DNA of 64,000 nucleotides. Origin: Fistulifera solaris (taxonomy: Eukaryota). The position numbers and the translations under genes are program-made. The stretch covers positions 310,001 through 374,000 of the forward strand of contig AP026146.1 of assembly GCA_030295235.1 (NCBI GenBank). The letters are read 5' to 3'. The notes under the pieces were generated by a model, which saw nothing but the letters and a program-made list of their open reading frames with translations, was not told the DNA's origin and did no database searches. Positions 51,414-64,000 of the stretch are shown here, piece by piece (positions within the stretch are counted from its first letter, which is position 1; each line of letters begins with the position of its first letter).

Positions 51414-52482
51414 GTTAAATATCCTGCTTTCGTTTACACTGATTTCCTTTTTCGGTTTCTGCAGAAAAAGTGAGCACAGAGAAATAGAGAAAATAGAGTC
51501 GAGTTGAGTGAGAAAACGTATCAAGAAAGCAATAAAAGTAGCAGGATGAGTAATATTGATGAAAGGGCCCATCCGAACCGGCATCGTTCGCAGCCAATGC
51601 GGCGGCGGAGGAAGGCGTGACGAACGCGCCTACAACAACATGACAGGTGGTATGCAGATAAAAGCCCCATTGCGAGCCGTAAAGTCCTTGATTGCTCAAT
51701 CTTCTTCTCACTCACCGATACAAAGGATTCAAGACGTCAATGCAGCTTAATTTATGCTCTTTGACGGATTATCAAAGACTTGCAATAAACATTACGTTTT
51801 CCTGCATTTTTGTGGCAGTACCTGGTATTACTGCGCCTCAAATTTTTTTTTCATCTCCTTTTCCAAATCCACTATAGCGTTGAATGTACACATGTAGAAC
51901 GCGCGGCCAGCCCTCAGCCTCAGCCCAAACAACATATGACCCTTAACCCTAATAAAGGGGTTACAAACAGACGTAATCTTGAGTTGTCATTGCTCAACTC
52001 AACTACTCGACTGGAGTCTCGGTGCCCACATTTGTCATTTTTGATAACCCATCCTGCGACAAGCCATTGGAAATTTTGAAATCGAAACTATGCATAGTTG
52101 AAGTTGTAAGGTTGATTTATGCACGCTTTCCTTTTATTTTCCTGTAGTTAAGTACGGAGTCCAGGTACGTGACTCAACTCAATGCCAGTCCCGATCTATT
52201 CTGTGGCCTAGATGTACCTAGATTAAAAAGGCCACGATTCAACTATAGACCAGCAATTGAATTTTTTATCAAAAAAAACTATGAATGAATCGGCGCTAGT
52301 TGCTCGTATTAGTTCTGATGTTGGACTTAATTACAGAGGCCGCACTTATTTCCTTGAAATGAGCACCGTCTCGTAAAAACGAGAGATATTCGTGATGCAA
52401 TCTAGTTACCAGGTAGCCAGCTGAACAGTATTTCTCGCCATCTTCTTGACTGAGAAGTACGGAAATTCCTTACGTTGAATTG

Positions 52483-53664
52483 TCAGAAAAAGTTGGAGCG
52501 AATGGACGCCGTGTTCGATCGCAGAATCGTTACGTTTTGTTTTTTAGCTGAAAAGGCAGACACATCCCATAATAACACGCGGCCGTCCACTCCCCCAGTT
52601 ATGACACACGAATTATGCCAATCGAGGCTTTGAATAGTCCCCGTGTGACCTCGACCCAGAGCCATCAACTTGCTCCGATTAAAGATACGAAGTCTTCCGT
52701 CCCAGCCGCCCACAGCTGCCAGTCGCTCGGAAAGAAGTCTCGCACACGAAACACCGGTCTTTCCTGTGCGACTGGTCGACAATTGAGTCCGTACCCGTGA
52801 TTGAATGGATTCCTGATCTTGTTTGCTTTCGATCCAAGAAATGGTATTTTGGTCATCTTTATCGCCAGCTTGTCCAGCCACTGTCACTATAGAATTACTT
52901 TCGTTCCTTTCTTTCATGTCCAGACAAATAATAGGATTCGAAGAGTTTAATTTCACCGAGCTACACACACGAGGTTCCATGCGAATGTCATGATAAAAGA
53001 CGTGCCCACTCTCCATTCCACAAGCAATCATGTTCGCATCTCCCGCCAACGAAGACACCATACCATATTGGCGCAAATTGTGAGATCCATCGTTTGGTGA
53101 TAGTCCCGCCGCATGAAACACTCTCGTTCGGGCCGAGGACTGCCGTTCATCGTAGAGCTGCACCACTGTTTCGACCGATGTCGGTAAGAGCGTCCAGTAA
53201 TTCTCGTACGAGACGGCCGCGCAAAACGTTTTCGACATGGTTTGGAAACTCGAAAGGGTTTGATTGGTTTCCAAATCATGAAAGGAAACCGTCCCCGCCT
53301 CATCTTTGGTCTGTAAGAGAACTCGTCCGGGACCTGCGCGTTGCAGAGACAAACATGTTCCACCGCGGTTGGGTGACAAGGAATACAATTGATTGTGACC
53401 CTTCCAAAGAAAGGCATCTCCACTTCTTTGGCCTGTTACGTAAAGGATATTCGTAGGATCCGTCGTTCTCGCGAGAAACTGATTCCGTGACGGTAACATC
53501 CATTCGTCGTCGTCGTCGTCGGACGAGGAATCATCGTCATCGGGTGACAAGCGCTCGAACTCGATATGCGAATCCACCAAACACACGGCCGAGACGGCAT
53601 CATCTCTTGTAGAAGTTATATGAACAGTAGCAAATGGATCGAATGTAGGTTTCTCGTTATTCAT
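52483..53664 (-). CDS. WD40 protein, GNB1L/Asa1-like
   Basis: TFC, GMVSSL, ACGMESGHV, AVGGWDGRLRIF, GHTGTIQSL, TGGVDGRVLLWDV. Confidence 0.75.
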   Translation of the reverse strand: MNNEKPTFDPFATVHITSTRDDAVSAVCLVDSHIEFERLSPDDDDSSSDDDDDEWMLPSRNQFLARTTDPTNILYVTGQRSGDAFLWKGHNQLYSLSPNRGGTCLSLQRAGPGRVLLQTKDEAGTVSFHDLETNQTLSSFQTMSKTFCAAVSYENYWTLLPTSVETVVQLYDERQSSARTRVFHAAGLSPNDGSHNLRQYGMVSSLAGDANMIACGMESGHVFYHDIRMEPRVCSSVKLNSSNPIICLDMKERNESNSIVTVAGQAGDKDDQNTISWIESKQDQESIQSRVRTQLSTSRTGKTGVSCARLLSERLAAVGGWDGRLRIFNRSKLMALGRGHTGTIQSLDWHNSCVITGGVDGRVLLWDVSAFSAKKQNVTILRSNTASIRSNFF

Positions 53665-54108
53665 CTATTATCACTCCACTGGGCTCTTAAATCTTGATTT
53701 GTCTTCGCGAATGAATCATCATGTCAACACAACGATGGAGGATGGAGGAGGGCATTCGAAGGGAGTACCGCGGTACCTGCAACAGGGACTTACTAATTAT
53801 ATACGGAGTAGAGTACCGGTACGGTACCATAAAGGTTCCAGTTCAGACCGTTCCGACATGAGCATGTCTCTATATACCGGACAAGCCAGAGTTGCGTGCT
53901 TCGATGCCCACAACCGCCGCAACAAGCACCTCTCTCTAGTAGCCGCTCTTTATGAACAACACAACTCCGATGTGTCATCTTATGCATTTGTAAGGAAGCT
54001 CTTTACTTTCCCGAAAGCAAAAGCACATTCAACTTTGCAGCAAATAAAAATCGATGAATTATCCGTGAAAAGGATTCGCTGACCAGTACACATTTTTTTC
54101 TGCTTTAA

Positions 54109-57100
54109 ATGAGCCGCATCTTTGGGAGAAAAAAAGGTCGTAAAAAAATGTCGACAATGATTGAGCCTGCGCATTTATCACCCGAAGCTGTTGCTTCTTT
54201 ACCTCCACCCGGTTCCTCTGGACCAAGTCAACCGGTATTTGCACCCGATTCGTCGCGGTATTTGGCCTTTGTTTCGATACAGAGCAAAACGTCCACCAAG
54301 TCGACGCCTTCACCACACCCAACCAACGCTCTTTACGCACCTCTCACGACGAGTCCTTCGACGGGATTGTTCGGGAATGGAGGAACGGCGGGACCGAAAC
54401 CTTGGGTGGCTCCCACGAGTTCTGAACGAGTCTTGATGTGTTTGGATTTAGAAGAGGCGCAGGAAGCGGGGGCGCCGACGACGCCACCCTACAAGCCGTT
54501 ACTGAGATGGAACGCGCTGACGAGGCATAGCAGCAAGCGACGCATGACCGATGTGGAAACCGCTCCTAGTAGTAATAATAGTGCGGTATCCGTCAATGAT
54601 AGTATGTCGCTGGAAGAAAAGCTTAGGAGAGAACGACAGCGAGTATCATCGGGAAGTTCGTCCTTAACACAATTCAGCTGGGCATGGATGAATCAATCTG
54701 ACACGCGCTGGCTACGCTTACTGATACCCGCACGAGGATGTTTGTACATTCAAGATGGAGTTCATCAGCAGCAATCGCACAATCAACACGCTCGCTGTCT
54801 CCACGACAAATCAATGACGGGCGTTCCGGCTGCTGGACCGGCCATCGATCCTCAGTTATCACCGGATGGTACCATGGTGGCTTGGACAAGTCAAGGGGAG
54901 CTGTTTTTAAAAGGGGCGCACTGGTCGGCGAATCAGCCTGCTATTCAATTGACATTTGGTGCCGTTCAAAATGAGGAAGAATGCATATCGCACGGCGTCG
55001 CGGATTTTGTTGCACAGGAAGAAATGGATCGATATCGAGGCTTTTGGTGGCACCCAGACTCGACTGGTATTCTTTTTGCCGCACAGATGAATCGAATGTT
55101 CCGCTGTATCGAATTATGCACCAGGATGGATCTGATGCTTTCATCGATGTCGCGAAACGAAGTCAAAATCCTTCAGGCACCACCCCCATCAGTCCGTCCT
55201 CCCCATCGAATGGCCTGGCTTATGAAGATCATAGATACCCGTTCGCTGGTAAACAGAATGCCCTTGTTAAGCTCGGTTTCATTCTGATTGACCGTAACTC
55301 TTTTGTCAGTGAAAGCCACGGGATGGAAAGTCGCGAAGATGATGCGATGATGCACGACATATCACCCCAAGAAATGGCTTCTTACAAATGGGAAAGTTGT
55401 GTTTGGATCGATCCACCACGTGAAGCTTCGGAGTATTTGGCTCGTATTAATTGGTTACCAGATGGAAGTGTTTCGGCTCAATGGCAGAACCGGGCACAGA
55501 ATGTTTCACTTTTACAGCGGATTGATTTGAGCGTAGGAAAAGGTCGGACTCTTGTACTTGAACGTAGCGATGTTTGGATCAATCTGCACCACATGTTTAA
55601 ATCGCTACCACGCCCAATACATCCTAGCGAGTGTCTGGGTGGCGGTCTTGAACCAGATATTCCTCCCCTTCCCTACCCATTACCGCCAGGAAGCTTCTCG
55701 TTTCTCTTTGCTTCCGAACGATCTGGTTACTCGCATCTGCACTTGTACACATATGTTCCTGGCATCAACGGCGATCAAGCCATTTTCGTCAAAGCGCTAA
55801 CATCCGGCGAATGGATGGTAGAACAAATTATTGGCGTTGACATGACAAAAGACGTCATATACTTCACCGGTACACTTGATTCGCCTCTCGAGCGCCACTT
55901 GTATGCGGTTCCTTTTCTGAACATTCGTCTTTCCTCGGAAGATGGGAGATCGTATGAGCAATGCTCAATATCTGGCGATTTCGATCCATTGTGTGCCGCA
56001 CCAAACGGCGTCCGGCGTGGTTTAAGCAAAGTCATGCACGCACTAAAAGGGGGACGATCCAGCAGCAGTGAAGTGGGCTCTTCCTATTCGGTCAAGCCCT
56101 TACGAATGACAGAGGAAAGTGGTATGCACAATATCGTGATGGACGACAACTGCCGCTTCTTTGTTGACAGTAGTAGTGATTTGTCGAGACCGTCTTCTGT
56201 GAAGATTTACGAAATACTACAGAATCAAACGCCTACCTTTGTAAAAAGTGAAGCCAGAGAATCTGGCCGATTGGCCATAAGGCTAGTTATGGTGCTATAC
56301 GATGCGATGCGAGACGACAAAAATTTGGGCACCGTTATTGGTACGTCTGCACCTTCTGAACGTTTAGCTAAGGCTCTACCAGCCCCTGAATTCATATCAT
56401 TTCCAACATCGGATGGTGCTGAAACGCTGCATGCTGCGCTCTACCGACCCGACCACAAACGTCATGGCCCTGGCCCCTATCCTCTTGTTTGCGCCGTCTA
56501 TGGAGGGCCTCATGTACAACGGGTAAATCGCTCTTGGTCTCAGAGTGCCGACCTGCGTGCTCAAAGGTTAAGGAGTTTAGGTTTTTGCGTTGTGAAATGT
56601 GACAACCGTGGTTCCAGCAGAAGAGGTACCGCTTTTGAAAGTGCAATTGCGGGGCGGTTTGGGAGGTTGGAAGTTCTCGACCAGGTGGCAGTGGTTCGTC
56701 AACTTGTAGCGAGAGGCATTGCGGACGGATCCAGAGTAGGTGTTTACGGTTGGTCGTACGGCGGTTACCTTGCTGCGATGTGTCTCTGCCGTGCACCAGA
56801 TGTTTTTCATGTTGCGGTGGCGGGAGCCCCTGTTACTAGTTGGGATGGCTATGATACACATTATACGGAGCGTTATATGGGAACGCCGACGGAAAATCCA
56901 TCTGGTTACCGAGAGTCTGCTGTTTTTGATCACGTGCCTAATATGAGAGGAAAGCTCATGCTTGTGCATGGTCTTATCGATGAAAACGTCCATTTCCGCC
57001 ACACTGCTCGTTTGATCAATAAGTTGATTGCTGCTGGCAAAGAGTATGATCTTCTCATTTTCCCCGAAGAGAGACATTCTCCGCGGAGGCTTAGAGACCG

Positions 57101-57230
57101 AGTCTATATGGAACAACGGATCAGTGATTACTTTGTTCGTCATCTAGCAACCAATACAAGTCCAAGCGCACTGGATATTCTGACATCGATGGGCCCTGCA
57201 GGACTGCGAACGATGGCTGGTCATCTATGA
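54109..57230 (+). CDS. Dipeptidyl peptidase IV family (S9B, DPP8/9-like)
   Basis: EEKLRRERQR, FVAQEEMDRYRGFWW, YGGPHVQ, GWSYGG nucleophile elbow, DENVH, ERH triad residues. T-run indel near 55075. Confidence 0.93.
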
Positions 57231-58067
57231 TGCACGGTGCTACTTAGTGTTCAAGTAGGATAGATATGCCAAAAGGCAGTCCTCAGATGATCGATGATCA
57301 TGGCAAATCGTTGCTCAAAAGCTCGCCACACACGCTAAGGTACTTAAGATAAACAATAGAGGCCAGCTTTCGACATTATATAAATACTTCGTTGATGAAG
57401 TCCTAGCTCTATTTCCGAGAGTCGAGAGTCTAGTCTCTTTTGGGAGAGAGCCTTGAAGGATTGCTTCAAAAGCAGTAAGGTTACGTAGTATTTGAAAAAT
57501 TTCCCTTCGATACTGAACTGTAATGAGTAGATCTCCCCTTCTGGACCGGTACTGAGTTTGCGTATCAGAGACGAGTCTTGCAGTTTCCATTTAGAGAAAC
57601 TCCGAGAGACGCACTATCAAGTATGAACAATCAACACGTGCGCCGTCTATGCGCCGAATATTCTTTTATAATGTATAGTGTGTAGTTATGTGGAACTGGT
57701 ACCCAGGGTCTTAGTACCGTACATCTTGACTGTAAAGGTGAAGGTATCATTTGTTTTCTTCCGCACACTTCCTACTGCATACAAGAAGACAAAGTGTTTT
57801 TCTGTGACCACGTCTTCTTCTCCATGGATTTCAACATCGCAAGCCGCAAGCCGCAACCACTTCGGCAACAACGCCAAAGCTAGCTAGCTGTAGCGCAGAA
57901 AGACTCAAAACGACAACGAAGGGCAAACATTCAATCCCAAGCAGCTCATATAAGTTTATTCTAAAACATTGCAATCAATTCGAAGGTTTAATTATTCGGC
58001 CTAGGCATTAGTAACATCAAGCGATTTTGAAGCGAAGCAGTTTCCACAAATCAGATTCATCACAACA

Positions 58068-59233
58068 ATGAAGCCCACAGCACGCGACAGCCCGAAGGTG
58101 AAAAGTGCGGCAATGCCATTGCCGATTCATGATACTTCCGAAGTCGATGAGATAGATTTGAGTGCATTAAGAGGAATGCCGATTGGCGAGGACATGTATA
58201 TGATGGGAAATAACAGTGATTTGGAGCTAGAAAACTTGGCGGAAATCGTGCCAAATATCAAAGCTCGGCGTCGCGGTGTCGATGTTGCGGATGACGCCGG
58301 TAGCTTGCAACCGGATAAAAAAGCTCCAGTTTCCCGCATATCAGAGTATCCGTCGAGGGAAATGATGCTACCTTGCGACGAGAAAGAAAAGAAAGGAGCG
58401 ATAGTGTCCATGCGAGCTCTCGGGGGAGAAGAAGTATCGGAAGGTGTACCTGACCATGACTATGCTAGTGCTGGGCATGCGTACGACGCTGACTACGAAG
58501 CCGTGCATGGCGGTGCGGATGCTCATTCACAGGAAGGTTTTAGTGATTTCCCTGATTCCGACAACGAATCGGATCCCAAGTCTCCAGCCAAGGTTCCGAA
58601 AGAATTTGTAAACATGTCATCCGGGCAATCTATTTCAACCGCTACACAGACGAATGAAGTCCGAATGCCCATGTATCTACCTACTTTCAAACCAGCCACG
58701 GGTTGCACCAACGCATCGGATTTCATTGTGCGATGCTTCATTGCTCGGCTAAGATCCGGAATCACTGTTGTTAAGCATGGTCGATCTCGCTGGTGCAAGT
58801 CACGACTGCGCGTCTTACACATTCACCCCGATGGTCGATCCTTGAGCTGGAAGCCGGCTGAGGGAGAACCCAACTCGGCAAAGCGCGCTCCCAAGCTCGA
58901 TTTGAATACCTGCTTAGAAGTCCGACATGCCTGGAGTCCCGATCCACAAAACCCCATGTATACAGGAACTCAGGTTCTTCGACAAAAGTGCGAAGCGGCT
59001 AACGCACACAAGAGCTTTGCGTTGATTTTCAAGCATCGCACTGTCGATATCACCGCCGTGACCGCAGATCAATGCAAGGTGTTAATGGAGGGCTTTTCGG
59101 CATTGTGCTTCCGGTTGCAGCTGGCAACGATCGCGGCGCGCAGTGGCAAAAGGGCCAAGCTATGCCCGAAGAGGACGGTGTTTCAACTACGGCAAGTGCC
59201 ACTTTAACGAATACATCCGCCAAGGGTCGTTGA
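58068..59233 (+). CDS. PH-domain protein (PLC/Mcp5-like PH)
   Basis: Acidic disordered N-half, then LRSGITVVKHGRS..RVLHI..LSW..EVRH..SFALIFKHRTVDITA..LMEGF. The 3' end is adjusted for an indel near 59148. Confidence 0.7.
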
Positions 59234-59754
59234 GGTGAACACTGCTATTTTTGATTCTGTTTTCTTACTTAAGTTATATAGTTTGATTCTTTTATGACGT
59301 GCGTGGTTATGTAGTTATGGACGAGGAGCAAGGTTTAATAACAATCTTTTGGACCCGAGAAAAGAGTATCATCATTCATGCCTATATGGTTGAGTTCCTT
59401 GGTCTAGGATGACAGTCCATCCTGCGCCCGACATCCTTAGTCGTGCGTCGTGCAGCGAACAACGAACCGAAGAAGCGTTCCACGCAAAATGCGAAACAGT
59501 TGTTGCTTTGCGAAAGCTCAACCACGTGTACATTTTCCTGATACAAAGAAACGACTTAAGACGCCGATGAGACAAAATCCTGTGCGTTGGCAGAAGGAAG
59601 GATCCATTCTTCGTGACACCTGCGACTGCGATAGAGTTGCTTCTTCGTCTTCGCATTCACACATTTATCACAAAAAGATACAGTTCTCATCAACTTCGAC
59701 ATTATAAGCAAAACTACCCGTCGTCGTTTACATATTCTACATCTGTGAATAACC

Positions 59755-60534
59755 ATGCGCTTCCTTTCTTTAATACTCTTGGCAGCAGCCAGTCATGCTT
59801 TTGTTATGCAACCCAAGACAGGTCGCTTCCCATCAACTTTGAGCATGTCGACGGAAGTTGACGTGCCCATCATCGTAAACGGTCAAAATATCAATCTGAC
59901 CCCAGCTTTGATTGACCACGTGAACAAGAAAATCGGTGCCCCTCTGAAAAAGCTAGCGAGTCACGGTGCTGTCACGGAATGTGATGTGATTCTATCGGTG
60001 AACAAGAACCCCAAGGTGCGTCAAACGTCGGCTGTCGTCGTCAAGTGACCGATGACCATCTCACAGTTCATCTTTCGAATCTCTCATTAGGTCAAAGATA
60101 GCGATCGCGTGGAAGTAGTTACAAACTTGAAAGGAACCACCATTATCTGCAAGGTGGAAAGCCCCGACATGTACAGTTCGATTGATTCCGTCGCCAAGGC
60201 ACTCAGTCGTAAATTGCGCCGTTACAAAGATAATCGTATCGCCGGCTGGCATGGAGGCAAGAATATGGGACAGGACTTACTCGAAGCGTTGGAAGCGGCG
60301 CGAGAGTTTGAGGAAGAGGCTGCAGCCGAAGAGGAGGAATTTGAAGATCCTGGAAAACCCGAAATAGTCTCGGTCAAATCGTTTGATTTGGAGCACCCCA
60401 TTAGCGTCGATGAAGCCGTCTTTGCGCTCGATTACGTGGACCATGATTTTTATGTCTTCCGAAACCAGGAGACGAATCAGATTAATGTAGTCTACAAACG
60501 CCATGTCGGCGGTGTCGGATTGGTAGAGCCCTAA
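59755..60534 (+). CDS. PSRP1: Plastid ribosome hibernation factor (long HPF / PSRP1)
   Basis: Bipartite signal ..ASHAF, GQNINLTPAL..KKI, intron 60016-60090, DMYSSID...RKLRRYK, and C-terminal VKSF...SVDEAVFALDYVDHDFYVFRN..INVVYKR. Confidence 0.9.
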
Positions 60535-61500
60535 ACATGGAGCCTGTCGTGTCTCATTTTACAAAATAAATATAGTAAGCTGGCTAAACGCGTTCGAATC
60601 AAAATTAGTTTCTATGATTCCCATCACTTTGGTTTTTAGTTATTGGCAGTGCTGGCGATGAGCAACAGGTGATGGGCTACGGGCATCAGCTTGGTTTTGT
60701 TTTCAGTGGACTCGAGTACTTTGTGTTGGTTGGAAAAGAACCCGTCAGAAAGAGTTTAAAAAAAGTAACGAGTATGTGGTCGATCAATAGCAAGCGTCGT
60801 ATCAGCGTCGGCGAATCGTGGCCCGAAGCTAAAAATCCCGGTATAAGATGCGTTAAAATCCAACACTGTGAACTCTAGAAATGAAAGAGATGAGAATCGA
60901 AGAATCGACGCAATCACTCAAAATAATGATGATTAAGCGTAAGTATTTGTTGCTTTGTAAGCATTACAAATCGGTAATGCTCCAAGAAGAGAGGCGGAAG
61001 TGAGTAGTAAGCATTGAGTCAATTTCCAGGTTGAGAAAAAAAACCGACTCATGACGTTGAAGACTGAGATATAGTCGTGGCGAATAACGGACAGCACATT
61101 AACCTATCGTAAAAATCGCTTGGACCGGAACCCATGGACGCATTCATTTGTAATGATGGTACAAGTACATGAATAATTTACACTTAGATTGAGGAATTAT
61201 TGACTCATGACTGAAATACAGTCGTTGCGGGTTGCGGATAACTGACAACACATTGGCCGATAGTCCTTCATGCGATGACGTTCCTCTCAAGATCGCGAAA
61301 GTTGAGGTTGGCGGCGGCCGTCGGTGTTTTTTTTAAACGAAAAAAAGGTAAAAGCCAAATGCAGGATAAGCAATGTTGCTATTTGCTATATGCTAATACA
61401 ACAACTCACTTGGATATATATTACTTACAATAGCCAATATTCTTAAAAGCGGGCCTTACAGTAGATCCGATTCCACGGAATTATTCTTTTTTAAACCAAA

Positions 61501-62455
61501 ATGAGGTATTATTTTCACCACGTTTTGGCCGTACTCGCCCTTGCCACGAAAGTGAGAGCTTTCCGTACAGCAGTTTCGACTCGTTCCCAGCGGCATACGG
61601 TTCAACTGTCACTTTCACAAAATGGCTCATCGGAGCAACGTCGGGCGATACTGCGGCAGCTTCTGACCGTGGGTGGCTGGACGGTTCTGACGCCATCAGC
61701 ATTGGCCGACGAAGAATCCTTTGCAGCTATATCCGCCCGTGCGAACCAAATTTCACAAGATATGAACAAAGAAGCGGCGCAAGTTGCTGTCACACAACGT
61801 TCCAACGATAAAACAGCTTACGATTTTTCTCTGCCGATGGAAGGGAAGAACACTCCGTTTAAGGATATTATTGGTCAGTCGATTACAGAATCGGGCGATG
61901 CTCGAGTCAAGGCAATTTTAGTGGTCAATTTGAAACAAGATGATCCTATTGCACGAAAGACGATCCCAGAACTTATTGCGTTGGCTACCAAGTATGGTCG
62001 TGACACCAGTGCTTTGCGGGTGATTGTGTCTCCGTCGGATCAGGGATACTATGAACCTGATACGTCGCAACTGATTCGTCTAAAGCTAGCTTCCGAGTAT
62101 GGGTATGGCATCAACCCTTCCACGATTGTTACGGATAAAGTCAATTTCCTTGGTACCGGGGCTCACCCTTTCTGGAGATGGTTGCAAGCCAGCTGTCGCA
62201 CGCCGGCAGGTCTGGGTCGTCTGGAAGGCAACTTTGAAAAATTCTTACTAGATGGACGAACAGGGTTGCCCTTACGGCGTTACCCTCGCAAATACAAACC
62301 TCTGAATATGGAAGACGATATTGCTGCGGTATTGAACGGAAAGCCACTTCCTCCTCCTCGCGCGAATTGGCAAGAAGAATGGAGAGCCGCTGCTGCGGGA
62401 GGCTGACAGAGATACGTACCGATTTCAAAAAGGTCTCAACTATTATGATCAGTAG
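61501..62455 (+). CDS. Glutathione-peroxidase-fold protein lacking the catalytic Cys; plastid/lumen-targeted
   Basis: AYDFSL, ILVVN, P.DQ..YEP, KVN..G..AHPFWRWL, NFEKFLLD..G.PLRRY. Signal peptide ending VRAF plus RR..ALA lumenal signal. C-terminal indel near 62397. Confidence 0.78.
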
Positions 62456-62627
62456 TAAATGCGTCGAACTTGTCATCACGGCGCACTAATGTATTTGATG
62501 AGCTAGTATAAGTGCAGCACCAATAGGACACAAACAAACATGTTAATTAGGGTGCTTGCAGTAAGCAACTGCAATACTAGACGTGCAAGCAACATTTTAT
62601 AAACTAGACACGGTCGAGTGATAGGTA

Positions 62628-64000
62628 TCATTCCGGTTGTTCTACTTTCTTCCGTCGACCCGACCATAACCTCATTCGAGATGCACGACTGAAGGTAGAA
62701 GTTTCAGAAGCCCCATCTGCTGATAAATTTGACAGACTGGTTACATCCATAGATTGCTTTCCTCCGCGACCAATTCGCTGGTGGAATGTCTTTCTTTGGG
62801 AAGAAACGAATGTAGGCGTCGACAATACCCCCATTACAATCTGTTCCATGGATCCGCTTAATGGAGAAGGGCGACCTGAGGCCGTTTGGCTACGACGACC
62901 ATCTTGCTGTGACGAGTTCAATTCACGTAGTACATCTTGTGTTCCATTGGATCTCTCATCTTTATGATCGGCCCTAGAATCTTCTCGGGATTTTACGCTC
63001 CGCGGATTGCCTCGATCGTCACGAGCTTCTTGCCTTTGTGTATTCAACGATGGTCTAGATCTCGAGGCTTTGGTTGGTCCGCAGGAGAAAACATGTGCTA
63101 TTGACGACATAAAACAACCTTCTTCCAAGGAGGGAGTGGTGTTTACATTTTGTGAACTAGACTGTTCCTCGGTGTAAGAAGCGTCGCTTTGTCGATCGTA
63201 GGAAAGATCTTCGCTTCCCTCATCATACGAGCAGCTATCATAGTAAGATCCTTCTGGCAGTTTCGAAGTTGACTGAAGATGCTGCGCATCGTTATCTATT
63301 GTGGTCTCTTCCTGCTGCTGTGACATTTTAGGTGCATCTACATCTAGGAGCGCAGACCGTCTCGCGAGTTCGCTTCCTTCTTCACTTAGATTGTTAACGA
63401 GCTTCTTTCTCCGGAAGTACAGTGATGTAGTTTTCGTTTGGTTCTCGGTCACAACTTTTGGCTTCTCAGTTTCTTCGGCTCGTTTTGAGAACAAGTTTTT
63501 TCCGATACTGAATTGGGAGACATTATCACTGACGAACGTCTTGAATCGCGACGGTTGTGAATCGTTTTCACTGCCTGCCTCTGTATCCGTATCAGACTGA
63601 AACAAAGGAGCCGCTGACTGGGGCCGAATTCCGCGAGTATTTCGAAGATAGTTTACGTTTGAATGAGGTTCTGAAGCATGTATACTACCAGAAACGCTGG
63701 CTGCGGTTGTGTGGGACATCAACGACTTTTCTCGGTGAGCGCCACCCCTAGAGCCCGACCCGAGCTATTTCTCTGGTCCTCTACTTCCTTCCTAGCGGAT
63801 ACCACGGCCATCGCAGCGATTATTTCAGCTTGACGTCTCGTTGTCCGTCGAGAAAGAAGGTGCCTGCCAGAGAATCCACTCGTGGCCGAACGGGAAGGAC
63901 TTAGAACCGACGAAGCTGCTGCTTTGGCGGTAGAAGATGCAGTTTCCAAACTTCCTCCAGAAACTAAGATGGATTTTGCGGCCGCAGATGCTTGAGATAC
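62628..64000 (-). CDS. Hypothetical Ser-rich low-complexity protein (5' part beyond the window)
   Basis: 364-aa ORF plus upstream ORF 63719-63949, joined by a probable indel near 63720. Confidence 0.55.

Noticed and set aside
51940..51965. Telomere-like TAACCCTAA
   Set aside because: Only 1-2 units, which is expected by chance.
11290..55080. Programmed ribosomal frameshifting as an explanation for split genes
   Set aside because: Shifts occur in both directions, share no slippery or stop motif, and also occur in the non-coding LTRs.
61920..61950. Selenocysteine in the GPx-like gene
   Set aside because: There is no in-frame TGA at the active-site position. The TGA at 62404 is attributable to a terminal indel.

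Overview
Gene-dense eukaryotic nuclear DNA, most likely from a diatom (inference from short GT-AG introns, bipartite AF-type plastid-targeting signals, a diatom-style Ty1/copia element and type II LRR membrane proteins). About 26 protein-coding genes are present: ankyrin protein, BT1-like transporter, mitoferrin-like carrier, SmD2, RPS6, VTC4, GH19-like chitinase with CBM14, sulfotransferase, two LRR membrane proteins, WBP11-GYF, Sel1/Asp-hydroxylase, RRM, H15-DDT-WHIM-PWWP chromatin factor, GNB1L-like WD40, DPP-IV family peptidase, PH protein, PSRP1, a Cys-less GPx-like protein and several unknowns. One complete, very young LTR retrotransposon spans 17050-22431. Roughly 25-30 single-base indels, mostly in homopolymers, split many genes and look like sequencing errors, so the ORF track fragments real genes. 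The most notable observations are: a divergent pair of paralogues sharing an unrecognised helical domain that may bind DNA; a ~1,940 aa MYND / PRYMQYR-repeat / TM / LRR receptor-like protein; a linker-histone globular domain fused to an ISWI-partner architecture; a copia element with a 6-bp TSD and a palindromic non-TGG primer-binding region; and a dispersed intergenic GACTCATGACTGAA..AGTC motif that also sits in the LTR.
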